A stretch of DNA of 64,000 nt, taken from positions 4,963 to 68,962 of the forward strand of contig CAZTUJ010000003.1 in the NCBI GenBank assembly GCA_964616855.1, given 5' to 3'. The notes beneath the pieces are model-generated. The model was given only the letters and a program-made list of their open reading frames with translations, searched no databases and was not told where the DNA came from. A program made the translations under genes and the position numbers. Shown piece by piece: positions 50,751-59,803 of the stretch (the first letter of the stretch is position 1; each line of letters starts with the position of its first letter). This DNA comes from an uncultured Gammaproteobacteria bacterium (GTDB lineage: Bacteria; Patescibacteriota; Patescibacteriia; Patescibacteriales; UBA12465).

Positions 50751-51989
50751 ATGAAATATTGGCTATATTTATCTCTAATACTATTTTTATTTACTGCTGT
50801 CTTGCCTCGGTCAAGTCAGGCCGCTTCTTTGTCGGAAAAATTGTCTGGGCGGATTGTTTTGAGCGTTGAAGAAAACGGTGAGGCTTGGTATATCAATCCG
50901 CTGGATTCTAAGCGTTATTTTCTTGGCCGTCCGGCCGATGCTTTCCGGGTAATGCGGGAACTGGGTTTAGGTATTAATGAGGCCCAGTTTCAAGAATTAG
51001 CCCAGGCGGGTATGCCGGTTGAAGGTAATCGGGAGCTAGCAGCGCGTTTATCGGGTCGGATTATTTTACAGGTAGAAAAGAACGGTGAAGCTTGGTATAT
51101 TAATCCGCTTGATTTGAAAAAATATTATTTAGGCCGCCCTGAGGATGCTTTTCGAGTAATGCGGGAGCTGGGCTTAGGCATCACTCGGGCGGACTTAGCT
51201 CGTATTCATAAGCCTGGTTTGAGTGAAAGCCTTAATACCTATAGTTCCTACGGCTATGAAAATGTGCAGACCGAACGAGGCGACTTCGCGGTTGACGTTA
51301 TTAGAATTAGTTTACAGAATCCGAGCTTGCAGATTATGAGCTTAGCGGCTGATAATCAGGTTTGTCGGGATGGCGTTTGTGCTGCTAAAAGTTTGGCTGA
51401 CTATGTTTTTGCCCATGATGCTTTTGCTGGCGTTAATGGTAGCTATTTCTGTTCCTCTGCTGCTTGCGGTCAAGCTAATTATTATTTTTTTCCCGTCTAC
51501 GACAGCCAGACCCAGGTAATGGTTAACCAGGATCAGTTGAAATATTGGACCACTGGGCCTTTGATGGTGTTTGATGAGCATAATAAATTCTATTATTTTA
51601 AAGACTCACGTGAATTTAAGAGCCCGGCTGATTTTGAAGCGACTTATGGTGTAAAATTGCAGGCGGCCTTAGGGAACAAACCCCGTTTAGTGGAGAATAA
51701 GATGAATGTTTTAATTGATTGGGAGCTTGATAAGGGGCAGAAGACAGGGAAATATTGGCGCAACGCTATTGGCTACAAAGAATCAAGCGAGAAGCCTGGC
51801 TATGGTGAGCTTTATCTGGTTATCGCTCGTCAAGCAACGGTGGATGATTTAGCGGTGATTATGAAAGCAATGGGCATGGATTATGCCCTCAACCTTGACG
51901 GCGGATCATCTTCCGCTTTGATTTACAACGGCGAATATATGGTTGGTCCGGGCAGAAATATTCCTAACGCTTTGATATTTAAACAATAA
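50751..51989 (+). CDS. Secreted protein: two N-terminal 57-aa repeat modules + phosphodiester-glycosidase-like (NAGPA/DUF2233-type) C-terminal domain
   Basis: Signal peptide ending SSQA, a duplicated module, and the C-terminal motif YALNLDGGSSSALIY. Confidence 0.6.
   Translation: MKYWLYLSLILFLFTAVLPRSSQAASLSEKLSGRIVLSVEENGEAWYINPLDSKRYFLGRPADAFRVMRELGLGINEAQFQELAQAGMPVEGNRELAARLSGRIILQVEKNGEAWYINPLDLKKYYLGRPEDAFRVMRELGLGITRADLARIHKPGLSESLNTYSSYGYENVQTERGDFAVDVIRISLQNPSLQIMSLAADNQVCRDGVCAAKSLADYVFAHDAFAGVNGSYFCSSAACGQANYYFFPVYDSQTQVMVNQDQLKYWTTGPLMVFDEHNKFYYFKDSREFKSPADFEATYGVKLQAALGNKPRLVENKMNVLIDWELDKGQKTGKYWRNAIGYKESSEKPGYGELYLVIARQATVDDLAVIMKAMGMDYALNLDGGSSSALIYNGEYMVGPGRNIPNALIFKQ
50829..51206 (+). 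repeat. In-frame duplicated module (period 207 nt)
   Basis: LSGRIVLSVEENGEAWYINPLDSKRYFLGRPADAFRVMRELGLGI versus LSGRIILQVEKNGEAWYINPLDLKKYYLGRPEDAFRVMRELGLGI. Confidence 0.85.
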
Positions 51990-51992
51990 TTT

Positions 51993-52265
51993 ATGGATAT
52001 TTCCGAATTACGACAGAGTCTGCAGGAAAGAGGAAAAATTTCTTTTCATGTTAAAGTTTCACCGGGAGCAGACAAGACCGAATGGCAGGCGCCTTTAAGT
52101 GACGGCTCTTTGCGTTTGAAGATTAAGTCGGCGCCAGAAAGGGGACAGGCTAACGCCGAGTTTGTGGAATTTATTGCTGCTTCTTTTGGGGTTAGTAAAA
52201 AGTTAGTAGCCATTACTGCTGGTGGCGGTGCGCGTTTAAAAAGGGTGAAAGTTAAAAAGTCATAA
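51993..52265 (+). CDS. DUF167/YggU-family small protein
   Basis: 90 aa with VKVSPGADKTEW...LKIKSAPERGQANAEFVEFIA. Confidence 0.75.
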   Translation: MDISELRQSLQERGKISFHVKVSPGADKTEWQAPLSDGSLRLKIKSAPERGQANAEFVEFIAASFGVSKKLVAITAGGGARLKRVKVKKS

Positions 52266-52266
52266 T

Positions 52267-53115
52267 ATGATGGATCTTGCCATTATCATTGTTGCCTGGA
52301 AAGTTAAAGAAAAATTACGGGCAAATTTGGAAGCGCTTTTGCCCTCCCTGCTGAACTTACGGGCCGAGGTATTTGTAGTTGATAATAATTCTGGCGATGG
52401 CACGGTAGAAATGATTAAAGCTGAATTTCCGTCAGTACGTTTAATTGCTAATCAAGAAAATGTCGGTTTTGCTAAGGCTAATAATCAAGCCTTAAAAGTC
52501 GCTCAGGCCGAGTTTGTGCTTTTGCTTAATCCTGATATGCGAGTTTTCCCGGAAACAATTAGTCAGATGTTAGTTTGGGTGCGTAATCATCCTAGGGCTG
52601 TCGTCAGCGGTTGCCATTTGGAAAGCGAAAGTGGGGAATTAATCAAGCATGTCCGTCACTTTCCGCGCTTAGTCGATCAATTGGCAGTAGTCTTGAAGCT
52701 CCCTCATATTTTTCCCGGAGTTCTTAACAATTACTTGTGTAAGAATTTTAATTACGAAAGTGAAGCCCGAGTTGATTCTATCCGCGGGGCTTTCTTTTTT
52801 ATTAATGTCGCCGCTTGGCAAAAGATTAGTGATAATCAAGACTTACTTTTAGATGAGCGCTATTTTATTTGGTTTGAAGAGGTTGATTTTTGTCGGCAAG
52901 TTTATCAAAAGGGCGGTGAAGTCTGGTATACGCCAGCCGCCCGCTGTCTTGATTATATTGGCCAGAGCTTTAATCAGCTCGGCACCGGTTTGAAGCAGCA
53001 ATATTTTCAGGATTCGATGTTGAAATATTTTCAAAAGTGGCAAGCACCCTGGCAAGTAATAATTTTAAAGATAGCTTGGCCCTTAGGTCGCTGGTTGGCT
53101 AAGATTTTTTCTTAA
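52267..53115 (+). CDS. Glycosyltransferase family 2
   Basis: IIIVAWK...VVDNNSGDGT...LLLNPDM. Confidence 0.85.
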   Translation: MMDLAIIIVAWKVKEKLRANLEALLPSLLNLRAEVFVVDNNSGDGTVEMIKAEFPSVRLIANQENVGFAKANNQALKVAQAEFVLLLNPDMRVFPETISQMLVWVRNHPRAVVSGCHLESESGELIKHVRHFPRLVDQLAVVLKLPHIFPGVLNNYLCKNFNYESEARVDSIRGAFFFINVAAWQKISDNQDLLLDERYFIWFEEVDFCRQVYQKGGEVWYTPAARCLDYIGQSFNQLGTGLKQQYFQDSMLKYFQKWQAPWQVIILKIAWPLGRWLAKIFS

Positions 53116-53116
53116 T

Positions 53117-54175
53117 ATGAAGATTGCTGTTGTCTTATTAAATTACAAAGATTATGCGGAGCGTTTTTTAGCGCCTTGTTTGTCGTCCTTGCGAGCCCTT
53201 GATTCATCTTTGTCTTTTGATTTGGTGATTGTTGATAATGCCAGTACTCCTGAGACAGTTCTTTATTTGCGGACGCAGGCACCGGAGGCGCGTTTTATTT
53301 TTAATGTTAGTAACGACGGTTTTGCTAAAGGCAATAATGACGCTATGCGCTTGCTTTTAGCTGAAAACTATGATTATATTCTTCTTCTGAATATGGATGC
53401 CTCGGTTGCTAGCCAAGCCCTGGTAGAGTTGTTGAAGGTGGCCGAAGCTAACCTCCGTGCCGGGGCTATTCAAGCCCGTTTAATGCTTGATCCGGACCGG
53501 GAGCTTATTAATAGTCTAGGTAATGTCACTCATTTTCTCGGTTTCGGTTATTGCCGGGCTTACCGCCAGAAGTTTACTGACTATGGCTCAAAGGCCGAGC
53601 TGATTGCCTATCCCTCGGGTGCTTGTGTTTTATTGCGCGTGGCCGCCTTGCGGGAAGTGGGTTTGTTTGATGAAGAATTTTGGATGTATAATGAAGACCA
53701 GGACTTAGGTTGGCGTTTCTGGCTAGCCTCCTGGCAGTGCCTGTTAGCTCCCCGGGCCGTTGCCTACCATCAGTACGAGTTTAGTCGTTCGGTCAGCAAA
53801 TATTATTGGATGGAGCGCAATCGTTTAATTGTTATTTGGAAAAATTATTCTTTATTGTCATTAATTTTATTTTCCCCAGCTTTACTGGCAATGGAATTAG
53901 GGATGGCTTTCTTTTCTCGGCGCTCCGCTTGGTTTCCGGAAAAGAAAAAAGCTTGGGCTTATTTTTTTCAAGCTCGCCACTGGCCTTATCTGCGCCAAGC
54001 CCGCCGGCAGGCCCAAAGCCTGCGCCGTTTGCCGGATTATAAGATTCTACCTTTGTTTTCTGGAAAGATTTGGTATCAGGAGATCGACCATCCCTTGTTG
54101 AAATATGTAGCTAACCCTATTTTCTCCGTTTATTTTTTCCTAGCCCGTCTTCTTATCCGTGTTTTTAAGCAATAA
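53117..54175 (+). CDS. Glycosyltransferase family 2 (with C-terminal membrane-associated region)
   Basis: VVLLNYKD...VIVDNASTPET...LLNMDA...NEDQDLGWR. Confidence 0.85.
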   Translation: MKIAVVLLNYKDYAERFLAPCLSSLRALDSSLSFDLVIVDNASTPETVLYLRTQAPEARFIFNVSNDGFAKGNNDAMRLLLAENYDYILLLNMDASVASQALVELLKVAEANLRAGAIQARLMLDPDRELINSLGNVTHFLGFGYCRAYRQKFTDYGSKAELIAYPSGACVLLRVAALREVGLFDEEFWMYNEDQDLGWRFWLASWQCLLAPRAVAYHQYEFSRSVSKYYWMERNRLIVIWKNYSLLSLILFSPALLAMELGMAFFSRRSAWFPEKKKAWAYFFQARHWPYLRQARRQAQSLRRLPDYKILPLFSGKIWYQEIDHPLLKYVANPIFSVYFFLARLLIRVFKQ

Positions 54176-54176
54176 T

Positions 54177-54965
54177 ATGGATTTATCAATCATCATCGTT
54201 AATTATAAAAGCGCGGCAAAATTGGAAAATTGCCTTCGCTCTTTAGCGGTGGCTGATTTTGGAAATATTGATTATGAGATTATTGTGGTAGAAAATGCTT
54301 CTGGCGATAATTTAGAGTCTTTAGTCGCTCATTTTCCTTCCGCTCGTTTATTGAACAGTTCTAAAAATTTAGGAATGGGTGGTGGTAATAATTTAGGTAT
54401 TAAAGCGAGTCGCGGTCGTTTTATTTTAGTAGCTAATCCAGATTTGGTATTTTCGGTTAGTGCCGTTAAGCAGATGTATGAATATTTTCATGCTCATCCG
54501 GAAATTGGAGTTTTAGGACCAAAACTTTTAAACCCTGATGGTAGTTTACAGTATTCTTGTGCCCGTTTCCCTAATTTCTTTTTGCCGGTGATACGGCGGA
54601 CAGCGGTGGGTCGCTATCTCCCCGCCTTAATTGATCGCTATCTCATGAGACGGGAGGGGCATAATGCTATCAGGGCGGTTGACTGGCTTTTGGGCGCCTG
54701 TCTATTGGTGAGACGGGATGAACTTTTCATTTCTGACAAGCTTTTTGATGAAAGATTTTTTATGTATTTTGAAGATGTTGACCTTTGTCGTCGAGCCCGC
54801 CAACTCGGCAAAGAAGTAGTCTATTACCCCCAGGCTTTAGTAACGCATGATCATATGCGTGATAGTGCTCGTTTGCCCTGGTATCAAGCGGTCTTTACTG
54901 ATAAGTTGGCCAAAGCTCATTTAAGTTCGTGGTGGAAATATTTTAAAAAGTGGGGCTTGCGCTAA
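54177..54965 (+). CDS. Glycosyltransferase family 2
   Basis: SIIIVNYKS...IVVENASGDN...ANPDL...FEDVDLCRR. I placed the start at the internal ATG. Confidence 0.85.
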   Translation: MDLSIIIVNYKSAAKLENCLRSLAVADFGNIDYEIIVVENASGDNLESLVAHFPSARLLNSSKNLGMGGGNNLGIKASRGRFILVANPDLVFSVSAVKQMYEYFHAHPEIGVLGPKLLNPDGSLQYSCARFPNFFLPVIRRTAVGRYLPALIDRYLMRREGHNAIRAVDWLLGACLLVRRDELFISDKLFDERFFMYFEDVDLCRRARQLGKEVVYYPQALVTHDHMRDSARLPWYQAVFTDKLAKAHLSSWWKYFKKWGLR

Positions 54966-54987
54966 ACGGCGACCTTACTATAATTAT

Positions 54988-55866
54988 ATGCAAAAAATTA
55001 AAAAAGCAATTTTACCAGTAGCTGGTTTTGGTACTCGTTTTTTACCCGCGACTAAAGCTCAGCCTAAGGAGATGCTGCCGGTCGTGGACAAGCCCGTTAT
55101 TCAATATTTAGTTGAAGAGGCGGTTGCTGCTGGTATTGAAGAAATCATCTTTGTTACTGGTCGTGGCAAGCGGGCGATCGAAGATCATTTCGATTATTCT
55201 TTTGAATTATCCAAGACGCTGGTGGAGAAGAATAAGCTTGATTTAGTGAAGAAAGTTCAAGCGATTGAGAACTTGGCAAAGTTTTCCTACGTTCGTCAGC
55301 CCATTCCTTTGGGTGACGGCCACGCTGTTATGTGCGCCGCCCATCTTGTCCGCGATGATGAGCCGGTGCTAGTGATGTTTGGTGATACTCTTTATGATTC
55401 TCCAGTTTCTCCGGTGAAGCAGGTGATGGATGTTTATGAACGTTATGGCGATGCCGTTATTGGCTTGTCTGAGGTGGAGCGCAAGGATGTGAGCCAATTC
55501 GGAGTTATTGACGGTCTTGATTTAGGCGATGGTGTTTATGAAATTAAAAAATTTATTGAAAAACCTCCAGTTGAAGAAGCGCCTTCCAATTTGGTACAGG
55601 TTGGTATTAATATTATCACCCCGGAAATTCTTAATGTTTTACGTTCCATGGAATCCGGTAAGTCTGGAGAAATTCGTTTGGCCGATGCTTATGATGTGAT
55701 GTTGGAGCAAGGCCGAGTCCTTTATGGCAAAAAGTTGGATGGCGAATGGCTGGATACGGGCAATAAATTTAATTTGATTAAAGCCAATATCAAGATGGGT
55801 ATTAAGGATGCCGAAATTGGTGAGGACTTAAAAGAATTCTTGAGGAAGATTGCTAAAACTTTCTAA
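54988..55866 (+). CDS. galU: UTP--glucose-1-phosphate uridylyltransferase
   Basis: AILPVAGFGTRFLPATKAQPKEMLPV. Confidence 0.93.
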   Translation: MQKIKKAILPVAGFGTRFLPATKAQPKEMLPVVDKPVIQYLVEEAVAAGIEEIIFVTGRGKRAIEDHFDYSFELSKTLVEKNKLDLVKKVQAIENLAKFSYVRQPIPLGDGHAVMCAAHLVRDDEPVLVMFGDTLYDSPVSPVKQVMDVYERYGDAVIGLSEVERKDVSQFGVIDGLDLGDGVYEIKKFIEKPPVEEAPSNLVQVGINIITPEILNVLRSMESGKSGEIRLADAYDVMLEQGRVLYGKKLDGEWLDTGNKFNLIKANIKMGIKDAEIGEDLKEFLRKIAKTF

Positions 55867-55890
55867 ATTTAAAATTATTAGTGAAAATTA

Positions 55891-55925
55891 AAAAACCGCC
55901 GCTATTTTCAGCGGCGGTTTTTTAT
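55891..55925. terminator. Bidirectional terminator
   Basis: AAAAACCGCCGCT attttc AGCGGCGGTTTTTTT. Confidence 0.8.
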
Positions 55926-55936
55926 ATCCCAGGGTT

Positions 55937-57271
55937 TTATTGTAGTTGTAATTTATAAATTCCTGCTTGTTGGCCGATTTGGGCGTAGAAGTAAAGTAAT
56001 TGATTTTTTTCATCCAGATAAAGCTTAGAGATTTTTTCTGCTTTTAGTAAGACAATCGGTGTCTTTTTATCTAAGCTCAAGTTAACGATTTGAATCTGAG
56101 TATCGCTGGCATAAATTAGGTAGTTTTTTGCTTGGTTCCAGGCAATGCCGCTTAAGGGCTCGCTCACCCGGATTAATAGCTCCTGGCGGTTATTGGCAGT
56201 ATTAAGAGAATAAATTTCAAATTCATTGTGCCAGATTAGGAAGCCTTCATTAAGCCATTGCCAGGAGATAACGGGGCGGATTTGGCGGCTGAGAGGCTGA
56301 GCGGAATAATCGCTTAGGAGGTAGAGCGATTGTTGTTTATGGTCGTAGAGATTGATATGGTAATTATCTTGATTGAAGCTATAATCGCCAGTGGGGAGCG
56401 GTGAGCTAGAGCGGAGAAGGGCGCTGTCAGCTTCGTAAACTTTGAGATAATTGTTTTCTTCTTGCTTCTCAACAGTGTAGATGAGGCCATCTCTTACCGC
56501 ATAAGCGACATAGTCTCCCCCTTTCAAAATTGTACTAGCGGTATTTTTATCTGTTAAGACACAAGCAATACTGCTTCCTGAGCGGTAATATATTTTTTTA
56601 TTTTTTTCATCCCAGTAGAAGTCGCTGGCGCTTTGGCCAAGGGCGCTTAAGTTATAACTTGAAGCTCCGCCGTCGAGCTGAAGGATGTTGCCATTGAATA
56701 ATATCTGGGAGCTATCCTGAGACCATTGAATATTGCCGTTGCCGCCACTAGCGACAAGCTGTCTACTATTTTCGGTCTTAAGATTAATAATAGTACCATC
56801 ACTCGCTAAGAAGATATTTTTACTATCGGGGCTGATGGATATTTCTTGGGGCCCGCACAGGGCGAGATTAAGGGGCAGAGAGCGTTTAAAGAGAATAAAA
56901 TCTTCGGCAAAGGTACTTTGTCCCGGGTAAATTGACACCTTTTTTTCTAAAGGCCAGTAGCCTTCTTTTTCTAAGCGTAAGGTATATTCTCCTGGTGGTA
57001 AATTTTTAATTTTTACCGGAGTGGTAATTTCATTTCGTCCTAAATCCAAAAGAAAAGAACGCCTCTGTTTGTTGCCGTTGAGAAAAATTGAAGCTCCTGT
57101 CGGCTCACTATCTAAAATTAACATCCCGGTTTTTTGAAAAACCTGATCAAAGCGTGGTGGCCAAGAGATGTTTAGACTGTAGCCAACAGCGTAGACGGAA
57201 ACAAAGAAGGTTATAAAGACAAAGAGGACGATGAAGGCAATAAAAAGGAAGTCGCGAAATTTTTTAGACAT
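55937..57271 (-). CDS. Membrane-anchored PEGA-domain + beta-propeller-like protein
   Basis: N-terminal TM helix, a PEGA-like segment (SEPTGASIFLNG...PGEYTLRLEKEGYWP), then repetitive beta-strand-rich sequence. Confidence 0.55.
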   Translation of the reverse strand: MSKKFRDFLFIAFIVLFVFITFFVSVYAVGYSLNISWPPRFDQVFQKTGMLILDSEPTGASIFLNGNKQRRSFLLDLGRNEITTPVKIKNLPPGEYTLRLEKEGYWPLEKKVSIYPGQSTFAEDFILFKRSLPLNLALCGPQEISISPDSKNIFLASDGTIINLKTENSRQLVASGGNGNIQWSQDSSQILFNGNILQLDGGASSYNLSALGQSASDFYWDEKNKKIYYRSGSSIACVLTDKNTASTILKGGDYVAYAVRDGLIYTVEKQEENNYLKVYEADSALLRSSSPLPTGDYSFNQDNYHINLYDHKQQSLYLLSDYSAQPLSRQIRPVISWQWLNEGFLIWHNEFEIYSLNTANNRQELLIRVSEPLSGIAWNQAKNYLIYASDTQIQIVNLSLDKKTPIVLLKAEKISKLYLDEKNQLLYFYAQIGQQAGIYKLQLQ

Positions 57272-57278
57272 AGAATTT

Positions 57279-58544
57279 TTATTCGGCTCTCGTGATATCG
57301 GCGCCTAAGCCGCGAAGACGTTCTTCCAATTTCTCATAGCCACGATCAATCTGATAGATATTATCTATTTCCGTCCTGCCTTCAGCAATGAGGGCGGCAA
57401 TGACTAAGGCGATGCCTGCCCTTAAATCCGGGCTCATTAACCTCTTGCCGTAGAGTGGTGTTGGCCCCTGGACCACGACGCGGTGAGGGTCACACATGGT
57501 AATGCTGGCGCCCATTTGGGAAAGCATATCGGTCCACAGCAAACGGCGATCGTAGATAGTTTCATGAATGAGAGCGCGACCCTTAGCCTGCGTCATGAGG
57601 ACAACGAAAGGAGATTGTAAGTCCGTGGCGAAGCCGGGATATTCATGGGTTTTAATATCATGAGCCAGCAAGGGGCGGGTGCCTTTACGGATTTTAAGCC
57701 AGTCTGGTCCGATTTCTAAATCTACTCCGATTTTTTCCATTATTTTTAAAAGAGTCATGATGTGTTCCGGGTTGCAGTGTTCAATTTCGATGTTCGCATT
57801 AGCGGCGGCAGCGAGGATGGCAAAAGAACCAGTTTCAATGCGGTCGGGGATGACTTGAAATTCGCCGGCATTGATTTTTTCTTGGCCCTCGATAATCATC
57901 GTGGGCGTGCCGGCACCTTTAATGTCCGCACCTTGGGTATTGAGATAGGCGGCTAAAGCCTCAATCTCTGGTTCCATGGCGCAGTTTTTCAGAATAGTCA
58001 TTCCGGGAATAATACTGGCCGTCATCATCATGCTTTCGGTGGCGGTAACACTGACGAGCGGAAAGAAATAGTCGGCGGCGTGCAAAGACTTGGCTTTGAT
58101 GTGATAGAATTTACCCGACTCCTCTTTAATGTTTGCACCGAAAGCCCGGTAGCCATCGAGAAAGAGATCAATGGGGCGACCACCGGCACCGATAACACAG
58201 CCACCGGGGTGGGGAAATTTTACTTCTTTAAAACGGGCCAACATTGGGCCAACAAACATAATCGAACCGCGGAATTTATCTGCCATTTTAGCATTCAGTT
58301 CGGTGGTGTTGAGATTAGCGGTTTCCACTAGCGCTTCGTTGCCCTTTCTGGTGACGATTGCGCCTAGATTTTCTAACACTTCAAAAGATCTCTCGACGTC
58401 TTCGATTTGAGGGAGATTAGTAATCTTGAGAGCTTGGCGGGAGAGGATGGCAGCCGGAATAATTTTTAAAGCAGAGTTCTTGGCACCGCTGACCGTAATT
58501 TTACCGCTCAAGGGGCGACCACCGTTAATGATGAATTTGGGCAT
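57279..58544 (-). CDS. murA: UDP-N-acetylglucosamine 1-carboxyvinyltransferase
   Basis: VSGAKNSALKI, the catalytic-Cys region HPGGCVIGAGGRPID, and C-terminal IDRGYEKLEERL. Confidence 0.96.
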   Translation of the reverse strand: MPKFIINGGRPLSGKITVSGAKNSALKIIPAAILSRQALKITNLPQIEDVERSFEVLENLGAIVTRKGNEALVETANLNTTELNAKMADKFRGSIMFVGPMLARFKEVKFPHPGGCVIGAGGRPIDLFLDGYRAFGANIKEESGKFYHIKAKSLHAADYFFPLVSVTATESMMMTASIIPGMTILKNCAMEPEIEALAAYLNTQGADIKGAGTPTMIIEGQEKINAGEFQVIPDRIETGSFAILAAAANANIEIEHCNPEHIMTLLKIMEKIGVDLEIGPDWLKIRKGTRPLLAHDIKTHEYPGFATDLQSPFVVLMTQAKGRALIHETIYDRRLLWTDMLSQMGASITMCDPHRVVVQGPTPLYGKRLMSPDLRAGIALVIAALIAEGRTEIDNIYQIDRGYEKLEERLRGLGADITRAE

Positions 58545-58592
58545 AAGGAGGATAGATTAGGCTTTTATAATAACTTTATCTTATCTCATTTA

Positions 58593-58620
58593 TTGACATT
58601 TTTCAAATATTTGGTAATAT
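58593..58620 (+). promoter_or_regulatory. rplU promoter (TTGACA-16-TAATAT)
   Basis: Consensus -35 at 58593-58598. Confidence 0.55.
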
Positions 58621-58629
58621 TGAAGAGTA

Positions 58630-58652
58630 AATCGGCGCGAGCCGGATTTTTT
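58630..58652 (+). promoter_or_regulatory. Terminator-like hairpin in the rplU leader
   Basis: ATCGGC gcga GCCGGAT followed by TTTTTT, about 28 nt before the start codon. Confidence 0.4.
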
Positions 58653-58679
58653 CTAACTAATTTTGCTAATATTAAACGT

Positions 58680-58994
58680 ATGGCGAAGATCGCAGTGATT
58701 GCCACCGGCGGCAAACAATACAAGGTCAAGGAAGGCGAAACCATTAAGGTGGAAAAACTGGAATTGGCGGCCGGAGAAAAGGTAAAATTTGATACTCTTT
58801 TAGTAGCGGAAAGCGACGGTAGCTCTCTGGAAATTGGTAGCCCTTCTTTGGGTGAAAAAGTGAGTGCGGAAGTAATCTCTACTGCTAAGCAGGATAAGGT
58901 AACGGTGGTTAAATATAAGAGTAAGGTCCGCTATAAGAAGACTGTTGGCCATCGTCAGCTCAAGACTTCGGTGAAAATTCTAAGCATTGCCTAA
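58680..58994 (+). CDS. rplU: 50S ribosomal protein L21
   Basis: MAKIAVIATGGKQYKVKEGETIKVEKL. I placed the start at the internal ATG. Confidence 0.95.
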   Translation: MAKIAVIATGGKQYKVKEGETIKVEKLELAAGEKVKFDTLLVAESDGSSLEIGSPSLGEKVSAEVISTAKQDKVTVVKYKSKVRYKKTVGHRQLKTSVKILSIA

Positions 58995-59023
58995 AGTTTT
59001 TACAATCAAATTCTCTTCTATAT

Positions 59024-59060
59024 AAAAATCCGCTTTCCTTTTGGGAGAAGCGGATTTTTT
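59024..59060. terminator. Bidirectional terminator
   Basis: AAAAATCCGCTT...GAAGCGGATTTTTT. Confidence 0.8.
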
Positions 59061-59064
59061 ATAG

Positions 59065-59187
59065 TCAATTGCGTCTTTGCTTGATTTTTAGCTTTACCCG
59101 CAATTTTGCTAGTAACCTTTTAAATAACCGTCTGATGCGACGGTTGAATATGCCTAAAATTGATAGGACAATCAGGGCCGTCAGCAT
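59065..59187 (-). CDS. Unannotated 40-aa small membrane protein with a poly-basic tail (MLTALIVLSILGIFNRRIRRLFKRLLAKLRVKLKIKQRRN)
   Basis: Hand-translated. AAGGAGGAG lies 3 nt upstream of the ATG. It sits directly downstream of recR and upstream of a terminator. Confidence 0.5.
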   Translation of the reverse strand: MLTALIVLSILGIFNRRIRRLFKRLLAKLRVKLKIKQRRN

Positions 59188-59206
59188 TTCTCCTCCTTTT
59201 TTAAAG

Positions 59207-59797
59207 TTATAGATTATTGCGATATTTTAAGGCGTTAGCCAGAGTTAGTTCATCGGCATATTCCAAGTCAGAGCCAGCTGGTAAACCGCGAGCGAGGCGA
59301 GTAATTTTTAAGTCAGGGAATATTTTTTTAAGATATAAAGAGGTACTCTCACCTTCTAGCGTAAAATTAAGGCCGAGAATAATTTCTTGAATTTGCTTTT
59401 TCTTAATTAAGTCGCGCAGAGCAGCGAGGGGAAGTTTTTCTGGACCAATATCTTCCAGGGTGTCTAAGAGTTTTTCTAAAACAAAATAAAGACCATTGAA
59501 TTGTTTGGTATTTTCAATAACAGCTAGATCTTGGCTATTCTCAACAATGCAGATTAAATCTTGGCGCCTTTCTTTGTCGGCGCAAATTGTACAGGGATCA
59601 GTAGCGCTGAAAACATGGCACTGGGAGCAGCGTTTTATCTTCTGCGGGAGTTCGCTTAGAGCTGTTGCTAGGCTTTGTAGTTTAGCTGACTCTTGATTTA
59701 GGAGATAGAAAACATAACGTTCGGCTGTTTTGGGGCCAACGCTAGGAAATTGAGCAAAACGATCGATTAATTCCTGGATGTAGGCAGGATATTTCAT
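59207..59797 (-). CDS. recR: Recombination protein RecR
   Basis: HhH N-terminus (FPSVGPKTAERY), zinc finger CSQCHVFSATDPCTIC, and a Toprim domain. Confidence 0.95.
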   Translation of the reverse strand: MKYPAYIQELIDRFAQFPSVGPKTAERYVFYLLNQESAKLQSLATALSELPQKIKRCSQCHVFSATDPCTICADKERRQDLICIVENSQDLAVIENTKQFNGLYFVLEKLLDTLEDIGPEKLPLAALRDLIKKKQIQEIILGLNFTLEGESTSLYLKKIFPDLKITRLARGLPAGSDLEYADELTLANALKYRNNL

Positions 59798-59803
59798 TAT
59801 TTT

